A stretch of 64,000 bases of DNA from NCBI RefSeq assembly GCF_009914755.1, contig NC_060930.1; one strand, given 5' to 3'. Both the position numbers and the translations under genes were made by a program. Positions 1 to 15,417 of this stretch are shown here, piece by piece (within the stretch, counting starts at the first letter, position 1; every line of letters begins with the position of its first letter). The notes below the pieces were generated by a model, which made no database searches, was not told the origin of the DNA, and saw only the letters and a list, made by a program, of their open reading frames with translations. The DNA is from the human T2T-CHM13v2.0 reference genome, Homo sapiens.

Positions 1-113
1 AACACATTAATTATGAGTGAAGTGATTCTATGATACAAATCCACTGCATGAAAGCAACAGTTGGAGCTGTAAAGAGACAGGTCATTTCTAGGTTGGGGAA
101 TGGTCAGGATGGG

Positions 114-2630
114 TGTATTAGTCCATTCTTGTGCTGCTAATAAAGACAGACCTGAGAAATCATGGCAGAAGGGGAAGAAAACATGTCCTTCTTCACATGG
201 CAGTAGGAGAGAGAAGAATGAGAGCCAAGTGAAGGTGGAAGCCCCTTATAAAACCATTAGGTTTCATGATAACTTACTCTCTATCACAAGAATAACATAG
301 GGGAAACTACCCCTATGATTCAATTAACTGCCACTGGGTTCCTCCCACAATACATGGGGATTATGGGAACTACAGTTCAAGATGAGATTCGGGTACAGAC
401 ACAGCCAAACCATATCATTCCACTTCTGGCCTCTCCCAAATCTCATGTCCTCATATTTCAAAACACAATTATGCCTTTCCAATAGTCCTCCAAAGTCTCA
501 ATTCATTCAAGCATTTACCCAGAAGGCCAAGTCCAAGGTCTCATCTGAGACAAAGCAAGTCCCTTCCACCTATGAGCCTGTAAGATCAAAAGCAAGTTAG
601 TTATTTGTTGATACTATGGGGGTAGAGGAATTGGGTAAACACACCCAATGGGAGAAATTGGCCAAAACAAAGGGCCACAGGCCCTATGTGAGGCCAAAAT
701 CCAATAGGAGAGTCATTAAACCTTAAAGTTCCAAAATTATCTCCTTTGACTCCATATCTCACATCCAGGGCACACTGATGCAAGAGTTCGGCTCCCACAG
801 CTTTGGAAAGCTCTGCCCCCTGTGGCTTTGCAGGGTATAGCCCTCCTCCTGGCTGCTTTCATGGGCTGGCATTGAGTGTCTACAGCTTTTCTGGGCAAGC
901 GGTGTAAGCTGTCAGTGGATCTACCATACCAGGATCTGGAGGACAGTGGCCCTCTTCTCACAGCTCCACCAGACAGTGCCCCAAAAGGGACACTGTGTGG
1001 GGGCTCTGACCCCACATTTCCATTCTGCACTGCCCTAGCAGAGGCTCTCCATGAGGGCTCAGCCCCTGCAGCAAACTCCTGCCTGGACATCCAGGTGTTT
1101 CCATACATCCTCTGAAATATAGGTGGAGATTCCCAAACCTCAATTCTTGACTTCTGTGCACCCACAAGCCCAACACAACATCTAAGCCACCAGGGCTTGG
1201 GGCTTGAACCCTCTGAAGCAATGGCCTGAGCTGTACATTAGCCCATTTTAGCCACAGCTGGAGCTGAAGCAGCTGGGAAGCAGGGCACCATGTCCCTGAG
1301 TGGCATAGAGCAGGGGTACCCCCAGGCCTGGGCCACAAAACCATTTTTTCCTCCTAAGGCTCTAGGCCTGTGATGGGAGGGGCTGGTGTGAAGGTGTGTG
1401 ACATGCCATGGAGACATTTTCCCCATTGTCTTGGCTATTAACATTTGACTCCTTGTTACCTATGCAAATTTCTGCAGCCAGCTTGAATTTCTTCCCAGAA
1501 AATGGGCTTTTCTTTTCTTTTTTTTTTTTGAAATGGAGTCTTGCTCTGTTGCCCAGGCTGGAGTGCAGTGGTGCGATCTCAGCTCACTGCAAGCTCCACC
1601 TCACAGGTTACGCCATTCTCCTGCCTCAGCGTCCTGAGTAGGTGGGACTACAGGCACCCACCACCACACCCAGCTAATTTTTTGTATTTTTAGTAGAGAC
1701 GGGGTTTCACCATGTTAACCAGGATGGTCTCGATCTCCTGACCTTGTGATCTGCCTGCCTTGGCCTCCCAAAGTGCTGGGATTACAGGCGTGAGCCACCG
1801 CACCTGGCCTGGACTTTTCTTTTCTATTGCATCATCAGGCCACAAGTTTTCCAAACTTCCATGCTCTGCTTCCTCTTGAATGCTTTGCTGCTTAGAAATT
1901 TCTTCCGCCAGATACCCTAAATCATCTCTCTCAAGTTCAAATTTCCACAGATCTCTAGGGCTGGGAAAAATGCAGCCAATCTCTTTGCATAGCAAGAGTG
2001 ACCTCTACTCCAGTTCCCAAGAAGTTCCTCATCTCCATCTGAGACCATCTCAGCCTGGACTTTATTGTCCATATGACTATCAGCATTTTGGTCAAAGCCA
2101 TTCAACTAGTCTCTAGGAAGTTCCAAACTTTCTCACATTTTTTCTATCTTCTTCTGAGCCCTCCAAACTGTTCCAGCCTCTGCCTATGACCCAGTTCCAA
2201 TGTCACTTCCACATTTTCAGTATCTTTATAATAGCACCCCACACCTGGTACCAATTTACTGTATTAGTCTGTTCTCACGCTACTATAAGGATATACCTGA
2301 GACTAGGTAATTTATAAAGGAAAGAGGTTTAATTGACTCACAGTTCCACAGGGCTGGAGAGATCTCAGGAAACATAATCATGTGGAAGGGGAGGCAAATA
2401 CGTCCTTCTTCACGTGGCATCATGAGAGAGAAGAATGAGAGCCGAGTGAAGCAGGGAGCCCCTTATAAAACCATCAGATCTCATGAGAACTCACTATCAC
2501 AAGAATAGCCTGGGGGAAACTGCCCCCATGATTCAATTGCCTCCCACTGGGTCCCTCTCTCAACACATGGGGATTACGGGATCTACAGTTCAAGATAAGA
2601 TTTGAGTGGGTCCACGGCCAAGCCATAGCA
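114..2630 (-). mobile_element. THE1-family (ERVL-MaLR, THE1C/D-like) provirus: LTR 114-417, internal region 418-2259, LTR 2260-2630
   Basis: Two direct repeats start TGTATTAGTC and end CCAAACCATATCA / CCAAGCCATAGCA, the reverse complement of THE1 LTR termini. They flank typical THE1-int sequence. Confidence 0.92.
1518..1809 (-). mobile_element. Alu (AluY/Sc8-like) inserted in the THE1 internal region
   Basis: Poly-T then antisense Alu with GCAAGCTCC..CGCCATTCTCC and CCAGGATGGTCTCGATCTCC. TSD-like TGG(G/A)CTTTTCTTTTCT on both sides. Confidence 0.92.
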
Positions 2631-4619
2631 AAGGTCTTGGGTAGGACTTAATTCACTGAAGTGATCTTAAAATGTTACCTTCAGCTACTAAGTTTGTCAA
2701 GCAGAGGGATGTTCACAAGCAAGGACATAAAGAAATTAAACTGCGAGATTGTTGAGGACCTTCAATGAATTTGGGATGGCTGGTTTATGGGGTGCAAGAG
2801 AATAACATTTAACTAAATGAAAGAGCCAATTATGGTGCAAGTTCTAAGGCCCTGAGTATCATTACTATTGCTTATCTCTATATCCCAAGCAGCAACAAAC
2901 ACAATGCCTTACACATAGTTTGTGTTCAATTAATGTGTATTACATTTATTCATTAATTTGTATTAGTCTAGGGCTTTTATAATGATAGTTTAGTTTCACC
3001 ATTTTTTTTGAGTAGTCTTAAAAAAAAGTCTCTCTCTGTACCTTCTTCAACCAATCTACAACTAGGTTTTTTGTAGGAATTTTATTAATAGATACCAAAC
3101 AATGTAACATCTTTACATGCAGATTCCAAAGATACCCTAGAAGAGCAGAGGGTTGCACTTCCTCTCTCTCACTTTGCATTCCTCCTAAGAAATACTTGCC
3201 CCTAACTCAAAGGGCAGAAGGAGTCAGGGCTCTTTCAGCATTAAAATTCTCTATAGTTTTCTGGGAGAGGCACATGTTCTGAGTGTGAGGAGAACTGTTC
3301 TGGTTATTGTTTATAAATTGTTTTCATCTTCTATTTCTTATAACAGATTATAAATTTATGTTTTCTGATGCTTCATACTATTATGAGGATTTGGTTGGCA
3401 AATTATCTTACAATAACCACCCATATATTCATGCATGGCCCAATTCGCCTTCCTTTGCTTTCATATGTAGAATTTCCTTCATGATGCTTTCTAAAGAGAG
3501 GTAAGATCTCCCGCCTATGTAGGTAGGTCGAGCACATTTGCTCCAAATAAATGAAGATATTTCACATTTTCTTTTTCACACTCACCCACAATTCTTCTTC
3601 CAGAGGTACTCCACTAAATTGTTTCTTACTTTGGGACAATACTAATATGGTTCCTTGCAATCTTTCTCTTATAATATATGCTAATATAAAAGCAAAGTTA
3701 AATATATTCATATATTCAGAGTTGCTTATTCTCCTGATTTCAAATATGTCAGAAAGCTCTTAACACATTTAGTTACTAATCCTCAAAACCAACAAAATAG
3801 ATATTCAAAGATTGCAGCATGATCTAATGGAGAAAATGTAAAATCAATAAGCCAAAATTTTTATATGATAAATGGATTCATTAAAATCTGGATGTGAAAA
3901 AAAAAACCAGTTTTGGTGTCTTCCATTTTTGTGCCAGACCATATTGTCCCTTGAATCATTTTAACAAATGAGAAAGTACAAACACAAGAGTCAAAATATG
4001 GTTAGCTTCCATGCACCTTTTAATTCCTATGAAATACAAAGAGCAAACTATTCTTAGATATTACTTGCATTGCTCTCAGTCTGCCTCCGAAAGCTGGGAA
4101 AAAAACAATGTCCAGTTAAATCCTACAACCTGAGCTGGTGTTACCTGTTCCTGTTGGAGGCAAATGACAAAACGTATATCTACTGCTTCATTGAATGTGC
4201 TGCAGCAGCTGAAGGAAGCCTCACCCCAGTCCTCCCTACCCCGTTCTACTTTTTCCTGGGTCTATGAAGGCAGAGGAAATGTACCCAAGTTTCCGTAATT
4301 CTTTGCTGAGTAAAGGCCCTTGTCCAGGCACTTGTGTAATCCTCAAATAAAAGAACGAATCCTTCCAAATATATTCGGAATCAGCAGAGTAAATCAGCAG
4401 GGTCCCTAAACAACAGCAACAGTTCAGGTAGAAGAACTTGCAATTTTAAGCAAATAAGTAACTATTTTACAAAAAAAAAAAAAAAAATGCAACTACTGAT
4501 CAGTGGCAGAACGTAAATGGAAAAAAATGGTCATGAAAGTTATCAATATTGCTTTTTCTTATAAAAAGGATAAATGAAAACATGAAACTAGGCCATATGA
4601 AGTTCAGGCCTCTGTCGTC

Positions 4620-5220
4620 AATCTTCCAATGCCATAGTGGACTTCACTATTTTTACCCTGGATTTCTAAATTAGCTTTCTAACTGATTTATCGCTCTCAC
4701 TGTCCTCCTTGCAGTCTATCTTCTATAATTCTGGAATGATTTATTTTTCTCAAACATAAACCTGATCAAGTCACACTGCCCTGCTGATCAGTCCGTTCAA
4801 CTCATTTCTGCCTGTATTTCTATCCTTTCCTGTTGTGTCTTCCATTGTAGGCTTTACTTTCTCCACACTGACATGTACACAGTGCCTAAAATTACTATGA
4901 TTTTTCACTTACCTGTATGCACTCACTATCTCATATTTCATAGATCCTATAAGATTTGCTATACTTTTCTTAAAAGCATTTCCTGACCAACAGACCAAAC
5001 AAGGGTAGAAACAACCCCTGCTCAAAAAAGGCAGAATGCATGCTAATCATACCCACTTTAATGTTGCCCTTGATTTTACAGCCTCACATTTGCTTTTGAC
5101 TGTGCGTTTGCTGAAGACAGGAACTGTGTCTTGTCAATCATGTATCCTCAGTGCCCAGTACAGGGCTTGACACAAAGCAGGCAACAAAAATGTTTTCTTT
5201 TATTGTGTTTTTCCATAAAT
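4620..5220. mobile_element. Degraded L2 fragments
   Basis: L2-like phrases (AAACATAAACCTGATCAAGTCACACT; TGTATCCTCAGTGCCCAGTACAGGGCTTGACACA). Boundaries approximate. Confidence 0.5.
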
Positions 5221-6339
5221 AAATCCTTTAAAGAGTGGAAGAGACAGAAAAGAAAATGAATGGCATACAATATCAATTGCAGTTTTGATGACATCTCTAT
5301 ACCTGTAGTGAATATGATCATGATATTTATGCTGAAGATTTAAATCATAAGAGAAACCTTAAGAAATGAGTGGCAGTGTTGGGAAAAGTGTGATGATAAG
5401 GTGGGTGGCAGTCTCAACCTGCACACTGCTAGATATATTCAGAAAGATGAATTCATGCAGGCTGGACAGACATTTCAGATGTCAACCCTTCCAGACCAAA
5501 ACTGGCAAAAGCAATTGAAACCATAGCAGAGAAATACATCTAAAAGTGAATATGTAAGAGCACTCTACTAGAAAACCATTTTAAAAATAAATAACTCAAA
5601 GCTGAGGATTATGGAGACTAAACATATAGTTAAGTTTCTTGGCACAAAACAGTAAGATGACCAGACTACATTTAACTTATAGAGTCTACTTCCTTTAAAA
5701 TGTCATGAGCAGTCAAAAGAAGAAATAGCCTTTAATTCTTCCTCCAAGAGATATCTTTCTATTTGGCTAAGCAGAATTTGAAAAATTGCCACAAGCAATT
5801 CAAATTAAAATTTAAGTAAATGTTGGAAACTGGTCCTGTTTGGACAATTATCCACCATCCAGGATAATTTGTGACAGTTTCCATTATGTTTTCTGTTATG
5901 CAGGAAATGAAAGTCCACATGTTTAAGAAAAAAAATACTATTCCACTTGTCTGAAAGCAATCAAGGCACCTTCCTGACCCATATTTACCAACATCTCTTA
6001 TAAAAGTAATTCTTATCATGAAAAAAACTATTACAATACAAATGTACTAAAGAGAGGTATATAATATATGATACAGTAGTAAGGACTCACTTTATACGAC
6101 CTTCGAACTCGTATCACCAGTAATGAACATTTCCCATGGAAAGGTAAATCATGTATTTTTGGTCTCCTTTTTTTGTCCTGTTATAGACTGGTTCTAAAAG
6201 CCACTGGCTTACACAAAGTTTTGAAAAATGGTGGTGTAAGCAAAGAAAGCATAAAGAAAGCAGTCTGTTATCCCATAATCACAGACTCTCCCACTGGGTA
6301 GACAGGACTCTCTAGGACACTGTTTAAAAATTGTGTTCC

Positions 6340-6663
<324 letters not shown>

Positions 6664-7045
6664 TCATAGTATTAGGTGATTTCCTCCCCAAATTAAGAAA
6701 GAAGGAACTCATCCCAACACCTCTTTAGCCTTGAGTAATGCACCTTGTAGCTCAATGCCTTGTATTTAGAATGCTGCCCTGGAATACTCCAAGAGAAAAT
6801 TTGGAGACAATGGATGTTATTTTCCAAAGAACCTTCTGGGTCTCAGGAGACGCAGCTGCTTGTTTTTGTATTTTAATGTTATGTGGTTTGCTACATGCTG
6901 CTAGAATGGATGGAGTTGGGGAAGCCTGGTTCACCTGAGCTTGTTTTGAAATGAAGATATGCCTTTTTATCTGCAGGAAGACAGCAGCAGGGTTAGGCTC
7001 TGTTAATCAAAACTCCAGTGCTGGCTGACTTCTAAGGAGATCCAT

Positions 7046-7410
7046 TGTCTTAATCCATTCAGGCAACTATAACAAAATACCATGAACAAGGTGGCTTATA
7101 AACAGCATTTATTTCTCACAGTTCTGAAGGCTGAAAGTCCAGCATCAAGGCTTGCCAGCAGATTGAGTGTCTAGTGAAACCCCTCTTCCTGGTTCGTAGG
7201 TGGTATCTTCTCACTGTAACCTCGCATGGTAAAAGGGGACAGTGAGCTCCCTTGGGGCATATGTTTTAAGGGCACTAATCCTATTCATGAGGGCTCCACC
7301 CTCATGACAGAATCACCTCCCCAAAGGCCCCACCTCCTGATATTGTCACCTTGGGAGTTAGGATTTCAATACATGACTTTTGGGGGCACATAAACATTGA
7401 GACCATAGCA
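7046..7410 (-). mobile_element. MLT1A-like solo LTR (ERVL-MaLR)
   Basis: TGTCTTAATCCATTCAGG...ATTTATTTCTCACAGTTCTG...GACCATAGCA termini. Confidence 0.8.
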
Positions 7411-7659
7411 CCCAAGAGAATCCAGGAGAAATATTCCAAGAGAATCCTTCTGAAACCCAGCTCTGATGGAAAACGATCCAGTTAGTGATTGCAGAATCCC
7501 AAGAACATGATCAAAACCCTATTATAAAGCCTCAGGAAAGCTGCAATAATAGTGGGAAAACTCCTGTGATGAGGAACTAGCACTCTTCATAACCACACTT
7601 CCAATTTTGGATCCATATGCCTGTGCTCTTTATATCAATTTGTTTTTCCTGAATCAGTT

Positions 7660-7965
7660 GGTATTGACTGTACCCATTTTAGGTGCAATGTTCAATGAGA
7701 CTTGACGAAAGTGTAAACCCATGTAACTACATCACAATCAAGATACAGAACATTGCCATCATCCTAAAAGGTGATTCATGCTCTTTGCAATCAGTCACTC
7801 CCACAACCACAGGGAAACCACATTCCTATCACTATAGATTAGTTTTCTCTAGTCTGAAAGTTTATGCAAATGTAATCATACAGTACTTATTACATATTTA
7901 CTACATACTTACTTTGCTCAACATGTTTTTGAAAGCCATTCACAGTGTTGCTTGTATTAGGAGCT
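7660..7965 (-). mobile_element. Old L1M 3' UTR fragment
   Basis: CCATGTAACTACATCACAATCAAGATACAGAACATT motif typical of antisense L1MB-ME 3' ends. Confidence 0.6.
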
Positions 7966-7970
7966 TCTTG

Positions 7971-7972
<2 letters not shown>

Positions 7973-8010
<38 letters not shown>
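7973..8010. repeat. (AC)19 microsatellite
   Basis: Direct reading. Confidence 0.97.
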
Positions 8011-8012
<2 letters not shown>

Positions 8013-8029
8013 GTTGGGATGTTTATTAC

Positions 8030-8406
8030 AGGTGCGTCCTGTGGAGGCTCTAGAGAACAAACCATTTCCTTGCCTTTTTCAGCTTCTAGAGCCTCAGTCC
8101 TTGCATGCCTTGGCTCATGAACCCTTACTTTATCTCCAAAGCCAACAATGTACTGTCTTCAAATCTCTCTCCACCTTGGTCTCATTGCCCTCTCCTATGT
8201 GTGGTTGTCTCCCTCTCCCTCCCTCTTCTAAGGACATTTGTGATCATGCTTAGGACCCACAAAGATGAGCCAGAATTAACCTCCCCATCTCAAGATCCTT
8301 AATTATATCACATCTGCAAAGTCTATTTTGCCCCATAAGGTAATATTTATAGATTTCAGTGATTAGGACCTGGAAATTTGGGGAAGGCATAATTTAGCCT
8401 ACTACA
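8030..8406 (-). mobile_element. MLT1 (C/D/E-like) LTR fragment
   Basis: GGAGGCTCTAG..CCTTGCCTTTTTCAGCTTCTAG..CCCCATCTCAAGATCCTTAA..CACATCTGCAAAGTC..TAGCCTACTACA. Confidence 0.75.
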
Positions 8407-8471
8407 ATGAGCAAGTCAGAGAGTGAAGAATCCGGTCAACATCCAGGAACCATATCATACCATGGCATGGT

Positions 8472-8644
8472 TTCTTTAAGAAACCTCCATACTGTTTCCC
8501 ATGGTGACTGCACCGTTTTATATTCCCACCAACAGTGTGCAAGGGTTTCAATTTCTCTACATCCTTACCAACACTTATTGTCTTTTGGTTTTTAGGTTGT
8601 TATAATAGCCATCTTCACAGGTCTGAGCTGATACCTCATTGTAG
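8472..8644 (-). repeat. Isolated ~173-bp L1 fragment; local duplicate of 9672-9840
   Basis: Near-identical to 9672-9840 by manual alignment. Confidence 0.9.
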
Positions 8645-9129
8645 GGTTGTATTTTGCTTTTATTGCAACTGATTTTTTGTGTGCTAATGACATTCATTCT
8701 TATTCCATGTCAACCCAGGAACGAAATTATATTTTACATTAAATATTGATAATCACAATTGAATTTGCCTGGCTCTCAGGTTGCATTTCTTCCAGTCTAT
8801 TATTCCTGACACCTGCAGTTCTGCATGTGAATTCTAGCAAGCAGTTATCTTGCCTAAGCATTTATTATCTTTTCCTCATTCTATATTTTGTGACAAACTT
8901 CAATTCTCCAAGCAGCAGCTATTCCTAAAGGATGTTGGGTAGTTCACAGTGATGTTTCCGGGTTTGAATCTTATCTCTGCTGATCACCTGTTGGGTGAAG
9001 TTTAAGTTACTCTACACTTCAGTTTGACATTTCAGTTTGACCACATGTTAGATAAAATAATACAGAGTGGCAAACCAATAAATAGTGACTATATGTGTGT
9101 ATATTTGTTTTATATAAATATATATATAT

Positions 9130-11490
<2,361 letters not shown>

Positions 11491-11849
11491 TTGTCGTTAT
11501 ATTGACTTAACATATGTAGTCATAACAGTGAAGTTGAATTTTCAGAAACTTCACGCTGAAGCTATCATTGATGTGATTCATTTCAATTTACCCTGGTTTT
11601 TTAAGCATCTACTATATGCAATGATCTGGGCACTGCAGGGGATCCACTGCGGAATAGAATCAACCCCACACCTTAATAATGTCATGGTCTAGTGGTGAAA
11701 GCAGGTAATGACAATACAAGGTGATTAGAACCATAATATCAAGGAGCTTTGGATATGATATTTGATGGTATTAAGGCATTATTAATTTTGTGATGTGTGA
11801 TAATAGCATGGTGATTATGTTAAAACAACCCTTATTGATTAAAGACTCA

Positions 11850-12593
<744 letters not shown>

Positions 12594-12914
12594 TGGGAGG
12601 ACACTTTTTGAACAGGAAAGCAGAAATGCTTATCAGATGTAATGGTTTTCGAAGTTATTGCCTTAGAGTTTCTCTAGAACAATCCATATTTTATAGGACA
12701 CAATTGTAGCCCAGAGGAAAATCTCACTTTGTAGCAACGTATCTTGGCTTCTAAGAAAAAAAAAAAGGCCCACAAGGGTTTATTTTAAAATATGGTGAGG
12801 GAAATCTTGCTTTTGAAGAACCAGGCCTATAGCTAGTGGACCTGGCATTTTCCCAGGGTTTCTGGACTCTCACAAGCTCACAGTTCATAAGTTCTCTGAG
12901 GAAGGATTTCCACC

Positions 12915-13076
12915 TCGCCATAGGCCCAGCCGTCTCCCCTTCCCTCTAGCTGAGGACCGGAGTGTCCGCAGGGCGGCGCCCAGCGCCGGGGTTTGGTTCC
13001 TTTTACCTCCCGGTGCCTCTGTTCCTTAGCTTCCAGCCTTTCTTCTCCCTGGCTTGCTTGGCTTTCTCAGGTGAGG
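12915..13076. promoter_or_regulatory. GC/CpG micro-cluster; candidate promoter/enhancer or first exon
   Basis: About 9 CpGs in ~100 bp (GGACCGG, GTCCGCAGGGCGGCGCCCAGCGCCGGGG, CCCGG) in apparently non-repeat DNA. CAG|GTGAGG donor-like site at 13070/71. Confidence 0.4.
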
Positions 13077-13278
13077 GTACATATTTCTTTTGTCATTTTG
13101 CACAGAAAATGTAAACGTTTCCTACTCTAAAAAGATCACCTTTAAAATTTGCTTATAACAACAATAAGATATTCCCACAATTTTTTTTCTCTAAATGCTA
13201 TTACTGCAATATAAAAACAAAAAAGGAACAAGTTCCTGAAGGATTTCATTTTCACGGATGCAACTGTAATTATTCATG

Positions 13279-13297
13279 TGACCAGAAGATGGCAGTA
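13279..13297 (+). promoter_or_regulatory. Candidate CTCF binding site (overlapping YY1-like AAGATGGC)
   Basis: TGACCAGAAGATGGCAGTA resembles the CTCF core TGGCCA(C/G)(C/T)AG(A/G)(G/T)GGC(A/G)(C/G)TA. Confidence 0.55.
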
Positions 13298-14769
13298 CAG
13301 CATTAATAACAGTGGCGCATCCCTTAGAACAAAATGGCTTATTCAATTTTTTGGAGCTTGGTAGACCTAGCTACTAAACAAATATTAACGGATCTGCTAC
13401 TAAGTGCAAGGGTCTTCTGGGTTGCATTAGTTAATAAAAGAGACAAAAGCTGCTCTAATGGAGGGTGCTAAACTAAACTTGCAAGCACAATTAAGAAGAG
13501 AGAATTGTCCCAGTCTTGTCTTTTAAAATTTCATCTCACTGCTCCTCATTCATTGAAAGTCACATTTCTGAGAGAAAATATTATAGCAAAAGGAAGGAAG
13601 GAAAACAAAATACAACAAAATTCTCTTATAAATGAAGATACTTTAAAAAGGCAAAGTGACTTGCCCAAACACACTGGTAATGATTAGCTCCAAGTCTGTT
13701 GACCAATATTTTCTCTATCCGTGGTACCACACTGATTCTCGAAATCACAAATTCAGGGATTAAGAATGCCAGTCCTTGCCCCATCACTGACCCCTTTGTG
13801 GGATCTTAAGCAAATTATTTAATTACTTTTATGTAAAAAGTAAGGCATTGGACTAGGTAAGTTCAAGCATTTTTACCAAGGGAATGTTTTTTCCTTTTTT
13901 TCTTTTTAAGACTCTTATTCAGAAGTTCAAAACCTAAAATAATAAAGGAAAATGCTAGAGTTGAAAGAGACGTTTTCCTCTTGAGTTTCCTCCTTTCTCC
14001 CCTAGAATCTTAGGTTTCCTCAGAGCACAGTTTGTAAACTATCAGACTGGGTGATCTTGTAAACACCTTTCAGCTCTGAATATTCATTATCCCTCAAGTT
14101 CATTGAATTAATTGTGAGATAGCAATACCCTCAAAAGTGATTACTGTTTGGTAAAAAACAAAAGCAACAACAACCAAAAAAAAACTAAATCCTGAAGATG
14201 ATGACAAACTGGAATAGTCAATTGTTAAGAACAAAGAGAAACTGACTTTTAAAGCATTTTCAATATTTTTCAACACGATGCCTCTGAATAATGACATTAT
14301 CTTCATGCTTTACAGGGCCCTTAAACACACTCAGCCAGGTTTCCGCTGTGAACATCCTCTGGCACATGCTCTCAGAAATGAGAAGGTTGCCTGTGGAGAA
14401 CGCTGTGGCTCCCCTGCATTTAGGCAACAGACTTTTGGCTGTAGTAAGTGCCAAAAGCCAGAGGTGGTATGGCTTATGCTGCACCATGGTGTATTGGGCC
14501 AAAGAGCTCTGGAAAACCGTTCAACCACATGGCCATCAGCAGTGATGGGAAGGGCAACTTAAGGTCAAAGGACTATGGGAGGGTGTCTAAGATGGGCCTT
14601 AGAATTAGTCTTCCTGGGTTTGCAACAGAGCTCCAACACTTTTGACAAGTTACTTTGGTTTCTAAATTTTAATTTTGGTTAATAACATTACTTCCTAGGA
14701 ATGAGAAGACCTCATAGGGCAAATAATAGCAGTGTATGAACACCAAGTAAAAGTTTCTGTTTTCTTTCA

Positions 14770-15185
14770 CAGGATTCCTGCAAATATCTCCAGGCTGGGT
14801 TCCTCATCGGTCCTCCACCTTTCAATCCATCCTCCACACAACAGACTGAATGACCTTTAAAAGATATGTCAGATCTCATCGCTGCACTTTTAAACCTTTC
14901 AATGACTCTCTCTTGCACTTCCAAGAAAATTCACATTCCTCACACTGACCTACAGCCACTGCATGATCTTCCTTGTCCACTCTCTGACTTTATTTGGCAC
15001 TCGATGACCATATTCCAGCTGCACTGGCCTTCTGACAGTTCCTGGAATAGCCCAAAACTTTTCCAGTCTTTAGAACTCTTGTGTGTACTTTTTTCCCTTT
15101 CCCAGAACACACTGTCATTTCCTAAAGTCTCAGCTAAAATATTTCTCATCAGACAGGTCTTCTCTGACCACCCTGTCTAAAGTAT
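14770..15185. mobile_element. L2 fragment
   Basis: CAATCCATCCTCCACAC..GTCAGATC..CCAGCTGCACTGGCCT..TCTCTGACCACCCTGTCTAAA. Confidence 0.65.
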
Positions 15186-15215
15186 CAACAATAAAGTAAA
15201 CCTTATTCTTTAGCA

Positions 15216-15417
15216 TAGGGGTTGGAAATGTTTGACCTGTAGGCCAAACTGGCCCACCATGTTGTTTTTATATATAAAGTTTTATTGGAAAACAGCCATG
15301 CTTATTCATTTACGTATTAACCATGACTGTTCTGGTGTCACAGTGGCCAAGTTGAATAGTTGCATAGTTGCAAAGCCTTTTATCTGGCCCTTTATAGAAA
15401 AAGTTTATCAACCTCTG
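15216..15417 (+). mobile_element. MER58A (hAT-Charlie MITE)
   Basis: TIRs TAGGGGTTGGAAA / TTTATCAACCTCTG, internal ATAAAGTTTTATTGGAAAACAGCCA and TATCTGGCCCTTTA. Confidence 0.85.

Noticed and set aside
601-2116. Many overlapping ORFs of 60-142 aa
   Set aside because: All lie inside THE1-int or Alu; no recognisable gag/pol.
5759-6019. 86-aa minus-strand ORF in unique DNA
   Set aside because: No recognisable homology or motif; length within chance expectation.
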